From contig CM060732.1 in assembly GCA_030704615.1 (NCBI GenBank), positions 55,180,001 to 55,244,000 on the forward strand: DNA of 64,000 nucleotides, given 5' to 3'. This document shows, piece after piece, positions 49,060 to 62,703 of the stretch. The position numbers were made by a program, and so were the translations under genes. The stretch comes from Takakia lepidozioides. Lineage: Eukaryota; Plantae; Bryophyta. The notes under the pieces were generated by a model. That model searched no databases and had not been told where the DNA came from. It saw only the letters and a list, made by a program, of their open reading frames with translations. How positions within the stretch are numbered: position 1 is the stretch's first letter; the number at the start of each line of letters is the position of its first letter.

Positions 49060-52000
49060 CTACTTAGGACTGCACTTGATCATTATCGGATGTGAGCAGT
49101 GCGGGCAAGTGCCAAACAGTACATCAAAGGACCTGCAAGCATGCAAGAGTGTACTGCGTTAGTGCTAAGATTCCATACGAGTTACCTACTGGTCAAGCTT
49201 GAATGTCGAAATGCATATACACTCCACACAAGGGACAAGGGACTGTCCAATGTGTGAGTGCTTGAATGACGATTTCAAGTCAAACCGTGGGACAAATCTT
49301 ATACAAGACAGGGAGTGACAATGCAAGAAGCTTCAGAGATGGATGACTCACCTACGAGTAGTTGGGACAGCCTGGAACCACTCAATGAGACAGGCACTGT
49401 GAAATGGACGCCCACAGCTGCCATTGTCACACACGCGGTCTGGGACGCTGCCTTCCTTGCCAGCATCACCACCATGTCCTGTACCTACTTCATGTTCCCC
49501 ATTGATCCAGATTATAAATTTGGGGATTGAAGAGAGGAGATCTGGGGTAGATAGAGAGGAAAAGTATACCAGCCGTGATAACACCAGTATGAAATTTGAG
49601 TGTTAGTTCTGACTACAACTGAAATCTGACTGTTCTATTGAGAAAATTAGATTTGCACCTGCGTCAGGCCAAGCATTGGGTATGCTTTCCTCCAAGCGAT
49701 ATGCATATTTGTGTGCATGTATGAAGTCATTATTCCTGGCTAGAGGAGGCTGCCCAGTCGCGTTTTAATCTGGGGTCTAGTCAGAATTGAATTAATATGA
49801 GGTTCAGGCAAAAAAAAACGGGAGGGAAGATGCGGCTACCGTCAGGCAAGCGATAAGTATAGCAAACGATGCAGTTGGCACTGATATCCTCCTGGTCAGT
49901 ATCTTGTGGGGATGGGAATGTGAGCTCCAACACCTCTTCCAAATTCACACGCACTAGCCTCTCCACCTTCCTGTGATGGTTTCAGAAACATGTTCACGTC
50001 CCATGTACTAAAAGCACTTAAATTTATGCTCTCTCTACTCTCCCTTCCCCCTTCCCCACCTCTTTCCCTTGAGTAATACTCCTTACGACCAAGCATCACA
50101 GATACGATGCAAGGGGAAAGAGAGACAACATACCAGCGTCCCATGTTGGTGTCCAAGTGTTTCCTTAAGGGTGCAATTGCCATGTCTGAACCAAAAAACC
50201 GGCACCTGCAAACCTTGGGGAAACACAGGAACCCATGTCATAAGAGAAACGGTCAAATTGGTCTAGACCCACATATAGACAGGAAACGTACTTTGAATGT
50301 CTAATTCAGGAATCATGAGGCTTGCACGCATGAGTAGAAGGAAGACGATACAGAAATTCATGAGATAAAATACCTACTCTGGCATGGATCGTGGCGACAA
50401 GGGGTCAACTGTGATTGACAATGAGCAATGGCCACCTGGCAATGCAAAAGCTCAACATCAAGGTCCACTCTATTATGCTCTGCACAACTGAGCTTGAGCA
50501 AAGCATGTTCAAAAGAACCTATTCTGCATAGATGAGGACTGTTCATATTACAAGAGTGTCCAGTGACGGAATCAGATTCTAACGAGCCACCCTGAAGCTG
50601 ACTACTAGCTAAGGTAAGTACCAAGAGCCTGCTCTGGCAGTTCTCACAGTGAAGTACCAGTACCCAATATACTCAAAATGCTACAGTTCTGTGACTAAAA
50701 AGGTTTAACCTGAAAGAACTCAGCTGACTCCAAAACAGCACTTCTGAATAGCAGTACAAATCATCACATCACAAACTGGTGGTTACATTTGAGTGCTTCA
50801 AATAGGAACGATGAAGATTGAGCACAATACACCTACCCAGTGCGATACGGCGGAAGCTATTGGCACGTGAAGGGTGTTCTGGTTCCATCACCCAGACATG
50901 CTTGTCAATGTCCTCCATTACAGTCCAAAAATCTTGGTAACGGGCCACCGCCTACATCAACACAGGCTACGAAGCACATCAACAAGCGGCCCTGATATAA
51001 TTTGGACTTCTTATACTTATCAAAGTTGACCTTAATTTTATCCTGGCTCCTCATGCAATTCAATGCATTGGGTCGAGTATTGGGTGGACCAAGATGGTCA
51101 GTCCAACTTAAAAGACCTGGCCATTGTGCCATACCACAAACAGGTGAAGGCCTCCATTGCTGCTCTACTTCATTCATCAAATGCCCACTCACAATCACAA
51201 TTTTTCATGTGACTGAGTAAACTAGGTTTGAACTGTTTCTCATACAGACCTCATGTAACCTGCCCAGCATGTGTTTGTAGAAGGTTCATCATGAATGTCT
51301 CCAATATCAAGCTCAATACAGAGTGACCATTGAAAAAGACCATTGCCCATTGCCCAAAGTCAACAAACAAAAATCCTTGGAATTTGAAAATGGAATGAGA
51401 CTGACAAGTTTGAATTGGGAGAGAACATCCTTCAGGCTCCCCCCTGGTCGCCACCTCAGCTCCACTGCAATAGGGAGGTCCTGTGAAAGTACCAGTATCA
51501 CATGAAAAGGAATAATTACCCCCCATGCTGCAGTGAAAACAATAAATGACCAAAATTGCCAAAGACAGAAACCTTTGATCGTCTCCACTCTGGCCCACAG
51601 TCTACAAGTTAGTCACCCAGCTTTACTATGAATGAGAACCATGCTTATGTGCTTGGCCTGTTCTAGCAGCTTCTCATATATCTCCTCACTGAGCTGCAGT
51701 GTGCGGCTCAGAACCTGTCAAATTGAAAACATCACGAGCCATTCAGCCTTCACAAATATGCCACTTTTCAATTAAAAACTCGTGACAAGCAGAAAAGGAC
51801 TCACAGCGGTGGCCAAGGGCTCTTTTTCTGGGTAATCAGATGTCATGTCTATCTGCACAAGATGTTCCCGCCCACCTTGGTCACTGCATCAACCAAAAAG
51901 CATGCATGAATGGTCAATATTTACAATACCCAACATACAAATGCCAATTTCTGGCCAGCAGAGAAAAACTCAATCCAACGACCATTCCAGAGTGTTTCTG

Positions 52001-53839
52001 TGGGATGCCTCTCTTCCAGTGTATGACTCTCCTTCATTTTGTTCTCCTGTGAGGTAGTTGACTCTATAAGCTGCATTGCTGTAATGTTGTCTAATTTTGC
52101 TACAGCTTTTGTGTATTAGAGACCTTCAAGCAGTCATTGATTAGTACTACAAAGGGAGGAATAACTTACAAAATTCGTAGATGGAGAGACATTAGGTCAG
52201 GTGCTAGCACCGCTATTTGCTCCCAGCCAATTGTTTCTATCTGGACAATGCCAACACCAAAATGCTTGTGGACGGTTAAAGCGAGAAATTTGAAGTCACT
52301 TCTGCATAACAGAAACGCACAGGGATAAACTTTCTCCTCTTTTAAGAATTGTGCAAACAAGTCCAACAAAAAACTATCATCGGGATTGAGGATGCTTCAG
52401 TATGAGGGCTAAGTGTTTCCCTCTGACAACCCATGAGAATGCTTGTTCATAGACACAAATCAAGTTCAGGCTGATTAGAAGATTACCTGCACTGAGACTG
52501 TTATGCTGATAGCACAATCTACTGGCCTGAATGCTTATCATAACCTTTTGTAGGGTGGCAACAAGGAAACTAATGACTTACCTCTGACCAAAGATGAATA
52601 TAGAAGGATGCCGGTGGTAATGTCGCCCGTGGTTGAGCTCGAACTATACTTTCCTGATACACACAGTTTTTAGTCTTACCTTGCACAACCAAAAGCCGAA
52701 ACATGAAAGGAGATGACATTGCAATATGCTCACAGTAAATATGAATCACCAAACCACATGCAAACTCACCAGAATATCCTGGAGTTCCTCCATGAATGTT
52801 GCCACATCCGTACTTTGATTTAGTCGCTGTCAAGTGCCCCCGGGAAGAAACTCAGCATCTTATTTCAGCAATGAACCTCAGTAATTTTTAATCCCCTTCT
52901 GCATAACCCAATGGCTGTCATATTTTACTGTAGGGGCATGAAGGCATGGACCCTCCCATGTCCTAGGACACTTGGTTCAATGCCAAATTTCAGCTAGAAT
53001 CTGTTTGTGCAATCTGATTGGCATCCACCCCGCAGTTTAGTGCAACCATGTGGTGGCAGGATTCGGTCTGCAGGGCTTGACGCCAGGGAAAGTGAAATAA
53101 ACTGATTGACCGTCAAATCTGAACGTTGGCTAGAATTGAACCTTCCGATATCGTGATATAGCCCTCCTACCAGCGAAACAATTTCGGGTCCAGGACACTC
53201 ACTCTAGTTACTAACCTCAAGAGCTCCAGGACATGAGCATAATCTCTACAGTACATAGGAATCAAGACAGCGATCCAACCTCTTGCAAGACATGTTCAAA
53301 CCCTTTCAACATCGCACGAAGCTCGGAATCGCAGTCCAGCTTCGCATCGCGCAGTGAAACCTTTCCCGCAACCTTGAGGGAGGGCACGTTGCGCACCCCG
53401 AAAGCAAATTCCCGACCCTGTACGAGAAGTGGACGATGAACGGGGAGACTGACCGTATTCACTTGATCCACCCAAACATAACTCGTTGCTGTGAACTGTT
53501 TTTTCCACAATCTTTTTGGAGAGCAACGCCAACAACCATATGAATTCCAGTCTGTCCTGTACTGGCAGTAGTCCTACTGAACGAGAACTCAAATCAGATC
53601 GCGACCCAAATGCCTCCCTCTCACCAGACCTCTTGAAGGTCTAGCCAGATAAATTCCCAACTCCCCCATCCTGCAGTCTCCTCTACTCCAGTCATACTAG
53701 ACATCACTCGCAGCTCAGAGTGGGTCCGTTCACAACAAGAGACATACAGACTCAAGAGGTGCTAGAGACCTACCTGAAGAGGGAGGAGCACACGATACGC
53801 AGTGAAGTCAGGATTAAGAGGCAGCAGCGTGGGCGCCAT
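49060..53839 (-). CDS. FANCL: E3 ubiquitin ligase FANCL, about 12 exons
   Basis: Exons 53839-53774 (MAPTLLPLNPDFTAY), 53417-53280 (GREFAF...), 52826-52770 (RLNQSTDVATFMEEL), then IGWEQI, GREHLV..DYP, YQDFW..MEDID..WVMEPEHPSR..RRIALG, CRFFGSD and the RING CIVCYTY...CDN..C.RPFH..CLIEW..SFDVLFGTCPHC. GT-AG introns. Confidence 0.95.
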
Positions 53840-53920
53840 CGCTGCAGCTCAACCCTTCGCTTTCCTTTCTCTCTGTGCTCCTCTCTCGAACCTTGCGTTC
53901 TTGTTTTCCTTCTTGAAAGC

Positions 53921-54484
53921 CTCAGAATTTTGTGTGGCCTCGTCGTAATGAGGCCGCATGGTGCAGAGGGGACATGGACCTGATAGCGGGCCCCGCTACA
54001 TTAAAACGATCCCTATTCCCCGTTTCTCTTATATATGAAAAAATCTAGAGGGCTTTGGCATGGTGGAGGTTATGGTCTGGTGGTAGGTCGATGGCGATGT
54101 GGCGATGAATGTCTCGGGTTCCATTCCTTGAACGTGGTTCCCAGTGGTAGGTGCTATCTACAACCACCTCTATGGGAGGTGTGCAGTGTGGGTATATAAC
54201 TATTCTCGTGCAGATAGTTTCAGCTTGGTGGGTTGTGCAATACCTTTATGTAAAAAATCCTAAGACTACCTGCATGGAGGTAGTTACATACCCACACCTC
54301 CCATAGAGGTGATTAGATAGCACCTACCACTGGAACCACGTTCAAGGAAGTAGTTGTAAATTTCATATGCCAAAAAAAATTCTAAGTCCTTGCTGCATGA
54401 AGGTAGTTTGCTCGTATATTAATGAGACGGCGGGCCCCATCGTCTGACCAGCCTCATTACGACGAGGCCACACAAAATTCTGAG
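53921..54484. repeat. Nested inverted repeats (foldback/MITE-like) directly upstream of FANCL
   Basis: Perfect 34-bp IR at 53921-53954 and 54451-54484. Inner IR of about 58 bp at 54124-54183 and 54293-54349. Confidence 0.85.
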
Positions 54485-55313
54485 CCTGAATGAAACAGTC
54501 AAATGGCAGCTATGGAAATCGAGGTACTGCTTAGCTTTGATGGTTGCTTCGATGGTTGCTTCTCGGAATGAGATCCGGTGTGGCAGAGTTTGCATTGTAG
54601 AGCAAAGTCATGAGGGAGCTTTCTGCAAGTTTGTCTCGGGTGCAAGAGAGATGGAGGAGTTGGTTGGACAGAGAGAGATTGGCACATGCCTTACCTCCTA
54701 GTTCTTTGCCGAGCTCAAGAAGGGGAGGCCATTGTAGGGTTATTAACGAATGCTATGGAGTTGATCATGAGACAGATGAGCTTGAAAGTGGAGAGACATG
54801 TAATCACATCTATGCAGCTCAGCAGTAGTGAACAATGTGGTGTGAAACAACTGCTCGCAAATTTCTGAATGAAAGTGATCTTGGAGAGAGAAGCATTAGG
54901 TAGCTTGCATGGGGGAGTGAAATGAAGCATCAGAATTTACTGTTGTCGAAGGATCTGCTGCTTTGATGGTAGGACTTGTACCTGTAGTGATGTGTTGTTG
55001 CTCGAAGATGGCATAAAACAGCCAACTATCAGACAGCTCAACTCCACAGCAGAGGGCCTTTATTTGGGCTTTGAAAAGAATGTTAGGGTACACACAAACA
55101 CAGACTATACACAGTAAATCTGACAGGGATCATCTACAATAACCATCTACACAAGGTGAGCAGATTGCCCCCGCAAAAGCCGGACACGCTCCAAATTCTG
55201 GAGTGGAATGGGAGGATGTTCCCTGCTTCCTTTCTCCTCCGTCCCACCTTCCTGTTGTCCTCTCACTGCATGTAAACACACGCTGGGCTGATTCGCTACT
55301 CCCTGCAGATATA

Positions 55314-58300
55314 CTATACTGTCTCGATAGCTGCAGGTGCTGCTTCCTGCCAAGAACTGAAGAACTTAAAGCGATCCTTCATTGCATCGGCATTGCTCCC
55401 ATACTCTTTAAAATTGTAGTCAAATTGATTCACATTAGAGGGGACCTTCCCTTCACTATAGCAAATGGCACAGAGGTTGAAACTGGCGGTTATTTCCTTG
55501 AATCGGGGTCCGATGATAGGATAGTCACAAGCAGCACACATAACTCCACTATGGCGCACCTGATCGCTCATCTCCAGTTTCACCAATGTGTTCATTATAC
55601 CAAACCCCCAGTTTGGTTCATCAAACATCTCCAGAAACTCTGGGTATGATATTTGTGCCTTGTCATCCTCTCCGTGAAGCTCTGCCAGCTCACTTGTCCC
55701 CTGCATGATTGAGTTCATCACCAAGCAGTTAAAAAAACAGTGGTGGTAGTTGCATTGAATGAGAAAGGCATTACATATTCTCAACAGCCGTCCCAAACCT
55801 ATCAAGACATGACAAACCCTCTTGCCATCCTGAACAACCCTCTCCAAGAGGTGTCAATTTCTTCATCAAATCGGAGAGAACAAAAACAGCGAGAGAAACC
55901 AATAACTGATAGAATGTACCCATGAGACGTTTACAGTAGCCTTGACTCCAGTGGTGGGACTTACCTTGGTATAAACAATTGGTTCAGGCTTGTAGATGAT
56001 CATAGGACTATCTATCCTCTAGAAAGCCCTTCACACAAGCATCAACCTGCTGTGTCAGCAATTACACCCAACAGGGCCAGGGCTCTAGGCTCAGCCTCGA
56101 GTTTTGAAAGTAGGTGCAGGAACTATGTTCTGGATGGTCCTGAAGAGGTTGCTCTCTGATGAGAATACCCCGGACATTGTATCTGAAAATGGATATTGTC
56201 TTCAGGCCGCCTGCGCATCAGGCATTTACCATCTCCCTTTCCTCTCTGCATCTGTTTATTGTTGAAAGGTAGACTCCTGGCCCAGAGTTTAAATTGCATA
56301 GTGCCGAGGGTAGGTAGGCCCTTCAGATCATCCTTAAGGTCCTCACCCATGGCAAAAACTGGAAAATTGATAGAGGACGTACTCATAAGATGTTTGCCGT
56401 AGCCTTGTGGCCATAGAACCAGCGCACAGTTTGGGTGGAACAAAAGGAACAGATACTACCTTCATGAGGGGCTCAATCTCTGGTCTCTGGTCTCTCTCTC
56501 TCTCTCTCTCTCTCAGTATCAGATATCCTAAGTTAATCGACTCTAGATCTTGGAAGCAGGATCACCCTGTCAAACAGGCTGTCCTGGCAGAAGAGAGTAG
56601 AAGAGAGTCTCAAGGATCTGAATCTAACCCCGCAAGTCTTGACCTAGTGGATAACTCTGACTTAGGCTGTAGTGTCTGAAGCCATGTCTGTTGCCAGGAA
56701 ATTGTCTGATGAAAATGAAGTTCCGCAAAAAACTTCCCTGAACTTGTTTCCAGTCTGTGACACGGGAGAGGCCATCATGGATGACCTCAGGGTTTACCCA
56801 CCCTCGGCACTAGACTGAAATTTAAACTCAGGGCGGGAAGCCTACCTTTGAACAGCAAACCGATGCAGAGAGGAAAGAGGGATGGCAATTGCCCGCTGTG
56901 TGGGCAACCTGAAGACAATATTCATTTTCTGATTCATTGTCCGGGGTACTCTCACGAGAGAGACGCCCTCTTCAAATCCATCAAGGGAATTGTGCCTGAA
57001 CCTCTGTTTACGAACTTTGAAAGTCTCGAGGCTGAGCCAAAAGCCCAGGCCCTTTTGGGGCCTAGTTATTGGGCAATTCACACACAGCAGATTGATGCTT
57101 GAGTGAAGGGATTTCTAGAGGATATCTGGAAAACACAGATTAATTGTCGGTTCCAAGGTAAGTCATACTACTGGCGTCGGCCCCGGACAAAGGTAGTTCT
57201 CTCTCTCAGTTTATTTGTGTTCAGCTCAAACTGAGCGCGGCGTCAATGGCCACAAGGCTACGGCAAACAACATCTTATAGTACATTCTCTCTCAATTTAT
57301 CAAGGTAAGTCGCACTACCGGAGATACTCACCCCCGACTCCTCCCAGGAGCCATTGCCCTTATATCTTCTCTATTCAAGAAGGTAGAATGCTTCAACAAC
57401 AAGTACACACATGTGGCACTACTAAACCCATTCGCCAGAATTTCTGAGGCCAGGACAAGCAGGCTACATGAAAAAAACTGCATTTTATACGACTATTCCT
57501 GATGGAGAAAGATGCTCGTGGATGACATTTTTTTGGCTCTACTTACATTATAGGATGATTTGGAGGCTACTATAGAAGATTCACATCGGCTTCTCATGAA
57601 ACCGTAACATAACTTTCACCATTCCGAATAACAACAAGCAGTACATGAGAAACCTTCTGATTGAGGCCCCACCTGGCTGACTCCTGGACAGACAGCAAAG
57701 TTCGTGGGCTATACACCTCTGGTTTGGCGACTCATTAACAATGCCGTACCACGCTTGTTAGTGTCATGGACACAATTAGACTTAGAGGACTAGGTTCTGG
57801 CATTCTGGGGCTACTGCCTTTTGCAGTTTGATGTGGGCTTGTTTTTATCATCTGGAGTGGTAAGCTTGACCCAATTCAGTTTGCACAATTTTGCTCTGAG
57901 TGGCATCTGCTTTTACTTACCTAAGAATATAGGGGAGAGAGAGAAAGAGAGCTGAAATCAGACAGATTAAGTGTGGGACAGTACCTGGGAGGGCAAATAA
58001 ATGGCCCGCAAGTATTTTATGAAATGCTTGGCATCCGAGTTGGGAATTACGCCTTCACTTGCAGCTGAGCCTCGCAACCGCAGCACATCAAACACCAAAC
58101 GTTTCCTTTTATCGGGTGAGCCCCCACACACAGGAGCCAACACTGCGAGGAACATACCAATGTCAACGCGCCCTGACCCACTGCGGTCCAGGACCGCCAA
58201 AACCCGTTCATTTACAGCCCTCACCGCCCCCTGGAACAAGTATGCACAATGGGTCAGTTGTTGTAGTTTTCTTACAAACAAAAATCCTCACCTGCTGTGC

Positions 58301-61300
58301 GTGCCACTATCCATATACCAGCTCAAGACAATCTGCTTGTTGCGTGGAACTCTCCCTAGTAACCCACCGCATCTTCCTCTCTAATCGAGTGATAACACAG
58401 CCACTAAAAAGGCATACCACCTCATCACTTAGCTGCCCCATTGACCCACCCAGTGGTCAAAACTGTTCCTTGATGTGTGTCATTAGAACAGCGCTTCCAT
58501 AAGTACATGCCATCAAAAGCATAGTAGCCATGGTGTGATGGTTTAGTTCCTGACCACTTCACGACCATATTTTTGGAGGCCAGAGAAGGTAAAGAGGTGA
58601 AGTATCATATTGTTGACTTCTCAGGATTTCTAAGTGGAGTTACAACACTCCAACTATTCAAGCATGACCTAACCTGGAATGTCTCGGGGGTCAGGAACCC
58701 AAGGAGCTTCCGCAATATCTTCTCAAGCTGTGCCTTGCGCACCAATTTGTCGCCTGGAGCAGGGGGTCCCCTGCCAGTCTTGGAAACCCCTGGAAGATTG
58801 CTGCTGTCTTCCACCACCTTCCTCAAGGTACCAATGTCACAACGACTGAGCCGTGTGTGCTTTTGGAAGTTACGAATGTTGATGCCACATGCCAGCCATT
58901 CACGAGGTGTTGTCTTGCTAGTAGCCCGTCGAAATCTGGAGTTTTCCACCACAACAAATCCTGTGCCAGCATCTGGGTAGAAAAAGACATGATGCTGGTG
59001 TTAGAAGTAGGTATAGGTAGTCACTTGCACTTTCAGACCACTTTCCCTCCCCCCAGACCCACTATCATGTAACAAAGTGCCTCCTTTTCTGACTTAGCTG
59101 GTCATTTCACAATGTGACTGGCAGGCTAGAAAATACCAACATGAACTCAGTATACTAAAACAGCAGTAAAAACCTTGATAAACATTCAAAGTCTATGGCT
59201 GGGTGTCGTTATCTTAATGAGTTTTGCAAGCAAGTGATATCATGGCACCTGTTAGTTATGTGATTGTTTGCTAGGGACCTGTCTCAGCACTCACCTGCAA
59301 CACTGCTGTGTCGACCTGTAGTACTCTCCTCAGCACTTGCAATGGCAGTAGTGAGACCCTTTGGCCTCTTCTGCATCTGCTTCAAATGTGTGATAGCATC
59401 ATAGAGTTCCACACGATTCGTCATCTTGAACGCTTCCTTGAAAGCCTTTGTGGCTTCGTCGTAGTCTCCAGCACCCAGAAGCGACACTGCTCGATTGAGC
59501 TGGGCCTGCCATTGCCGTGGCTTTATGGCCAGAACCTTTGCGTACATCTCGGAAGCTCTCTCATACCTGCCAAATGAGGCCTTCCAGTAAGATCCACATA
59601 AAGCATGAAGTGATGTTACCCTTATGTCCACATCCGAAGAAAATCCTGTTGAGATGAGGCACAGTAAGTGAAAAAACCCTCCACCTCCCTACCTTCACTC
59701 CGTGAAAGGAAGCACAGATGTGAAGACAATTTCTGACTTTCCAATGCCTGGATTTTCTCTCTCTTCAATAACCTTGACAGAGTTTCAGGTACTTCCGCCA
59801 ACAAGCTTGACAGAACTCTTGAAGCACTTCTGGCAATGTGAAGATGTAAGAGTAAGGGAGCTGAACTACCCTTGTGTGGTTAATGAGAATGTGGACTCTT
59901 GCCGAAGTAAGCGGAGCTTGTGGTGTCACTTGACCCCGAAGGGCTACTGCCTTCCGATGCGAGGCTGGACACCTTTATACACTCATGTGGTTTTGAACCC
60001 ACCACCACTACTGAAACAGTATTATGACCTAAGCACTGGGCTATCTATTGGATGTGGGTAATGAGACATGAGGTGGAGACTGCTTTTCCTCCAAACGGTA
60101 CGGTGCAGCTAAATTAGTTTTGAAGGGCTAAGAAAGTGTCAGGGTTTAGATCCTTGTAAGGAATGGGAAAACAGCTGAGACTATTCGAAAATTCTTTATG
60201 TTTCTTCTAACCTGATGCTCTCTCTTCCTTGCTGGCCCAACAAAAAAAGTGTGAAATATATCCTCACCTGCCCGAGTCTTTCAACAATCCCCCAAGGTTA
60301 TAAAGTGCATCCAAATGGTCAGGCTTCAAATCAATTGCTTTCTGAAACTCCAAAATTGCCTTCTCATCATCATGAACTGCATGTAGAGCTGATCCAAGGT
60401 CACAGTGAGCATCAGCATAATCAGGTTTCAAAAATACGGCTTCTTCCAGAGCCTTCTCAGCTGCACGGTATTCACCCACACCATAGAGGGCGCTCCCTAA
60501 AAGCTTGAGTGCCCGATAGTGGGCAGGATTGAGAATTGCAGCCTCACGGTAATGCTCAGATGCACACAATAGCATCCCCTCTCCCTCCAACGCAATTCCC
60601 AGATTCACGTGTACCTGTGATATATAAATCCACTCATGATTTCCCCATCTTGAATGTGTACACGGTGCCACTAATCCCTAGAATACTGATAGAATCGTAG
60701 AAATAATGAATGATGAAGAATAGTCAATAGAGAACAGAAGATGTGACCTTCTACATTGTAGAATTCAGATTCAAAAGGGAAATAGTAACACGTCACCACA
60801 GTAGGGCAGCAGCAAAATCACTCCAGCCAGTGGTGCAGAGATCATTATTACAAAACTAAATACAGGGGTTGGATTTTGATTGGGGTTGATTCAAGTTGAG
60901 TATCCATGCATCACTGCTCAGCACTTACACTGCCCTATTGCGGCGACTAGGATTGAGAGGGTGCCATCAACCCATACCAGAACCCTTTGTTATTTTGGAC
61001 CATAGACAGAGTACAAAACCATATGTGAATGTTTGCATAGCCCTTGCAGAGTAGTAGTGGCAACACTTGTGTGAGTATTGTTTTTCTGCTTTGCTTGACA
61101 GTGGCAGATATAAAGACCCAGGTCTCCAAAAATACAGTAGAGCTATTGAACAACCTTACTAGCAAGGGTTAGGACAGCTTGTTGCAGGATATTGATATAG
61201 TCCCTAAGCGTACTTGTTGTGGACTAGACTCTGTGCATGGTTTGGGCTGAGCAGACAATGTGCTTAAGAAGGGGAAGATTAAAAATACAGTAGAGCTATT

Positions 61301-62703
61301 GAGCAACCTTACTAGCGAGGGTTAGGACAGCTTGTTGCAGGATATTGATATAGTCCCTAAGCGTACTTGTTGTGGTCTAGACTCTGTGCATGGTTTGGGC
61401 TGAGCAGACAATGTGCTTAAGAAGGGGAAGATCAAGCCAGGCAGCAGAACTTACATTTGTCAATAAAGATGCTGACTTTCTCAATTTTCTTCGGAAAGCT
61501 GTTAATTGTGGCATCTTGATGTGAAAAAAACGCTCAGACTTCAGACTAGGAGGGGACTTTCACCATTGTCTGGCAATCTCCAATGGAGCAAAACAGAGCA
61601 TCTGTTTTCATTGTAGTTGTGAGATGTGGTTGTTCCTTAATCATTGACTTAGACCAGAGACACAAGCATTGGAGTGGCTCATGACTACTGTGTACCTGAG
61701 GAAGAAGACTTGACCATTGCTGCATATCAGCCTCCCCTGCATCAAGTGCCTTCACATAGGCGTCTCGTGCTTCTGTACATTTCCCAAGAGAGTAGAGTGT
61801 ATTCCCTGCCAGAAAGTGGGGGCGGACATCTGTCGGTTTGAGCTCCACTGCACGCCTGAAACTTATTAAAGCTTCCTCATGCCACCGGTGTTCAAAAAGC
61901 GATCGTCCCATGGCAATATGTCCATCAAAAGCATTTTCTGGTGAACGTGCCCCATCAGCCTTCCGCCGAAGCTCGTTGAGTGATTTCTTGAATGGCGCAT
62001 ACTCGGATCCTAGTTCTTCCTCTCCCCTTCTCCCTCCAAGCCCCTCCCCTTTCTCTGTTCCATCTGAGCTGCTTGCACCGATATCCCTGGCTGACCAATC
62101 AAAGTCCCCTGCTGCATCTATACCATTCAGACCTCCCCCTCTCTTCTCCTCTCTCTGCTTCCGCTTGTCCTCAATTTTCACATCCAGTCTTCTCAAGAGT
62201 ATCTCTAGGTCCTCTATCAAGTTCCAAGTCTCCTCATAAGCAATGCCGTTATTGGGAGACATGGCCCAAGCACCTACAATGGGCCTCTTCCTAGCCACAT
62301 TGGCTGCACTTTCATCTGTTATGGATGCTACTGCAGGCCTCCCTGCCGAACTGCTTGCCTCCCTTACCCCTGGCCCCTCTCCCTCTCCCTCTGGCTCATC
62401 TAAGTGCAGGCCGAGTGCATCAAAATCTCTGTCAACGTCTCCAGCCCCATCATCATAAGTTCGTAAAAGACCCTGAAAGCTTAAGCCTTTGGGACCATCA
62501 ATGTACTCTCCATAAGTTCGGAAAACTTCATCAAGGATTGCAGTGATTTGCTCCTCACTGAATTTGACGCGTGGATTAACAGCAATAACCAATGATGCCA
62601 TCTCACCTCGGCTGAGACAGCCATCCGTGTTAACATCAAATTGCTGAAAGATCTTCAGCACTTTCTGTGCCCGTATACTCAAGGCCTGCCCATTCTGTTC
62701 CAT
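55314..62703 (-). CDS. EF-hand/TPR/ZZ-finger protein (At1g05150-like calcium-binding TPR protein), 6 exons
   Basis: Exons 62703-61696, 60614-60268, 59566-59295, 58972-58674, 58230-57985 and 55700-55314, with GT-AG boundaries. EF-hand FDVNTDGCLSRGE, TPR repeats, and ZZ finger HSGVMCAAC..PIIGPRFKE..FNLC..C. Confidence 0.95.
55916..56465 (-). mobile_element. Two tandem 5'-truncated copies of the 7298-11948 LINE family
   Basis: DDLKGLPTLGT..FKL homology. 3' termini at about 56379 and 55916. Confidence 0.85.
56520..57283 (+). mobile_element. 5'-truncated copy of the 7298-11948 LINE family
   Basis: Collinear with about 11183-11945, including ggccacaaggctacggcaaacaac.tcttat. Confidence 0.93.
61128..61432. 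repeat. 153-bp tandem duplication (2 copies) in a TPR gene intron
   Basis: Units start at 61128 and 61281, with about 3 mismatches. Confidence 0.95.

Noticed and set aside
54500-54870. Short plus-strand ORFs between FANCL and the TPR gene
   Set aside because: No recognisable homology or consistent splice structure.
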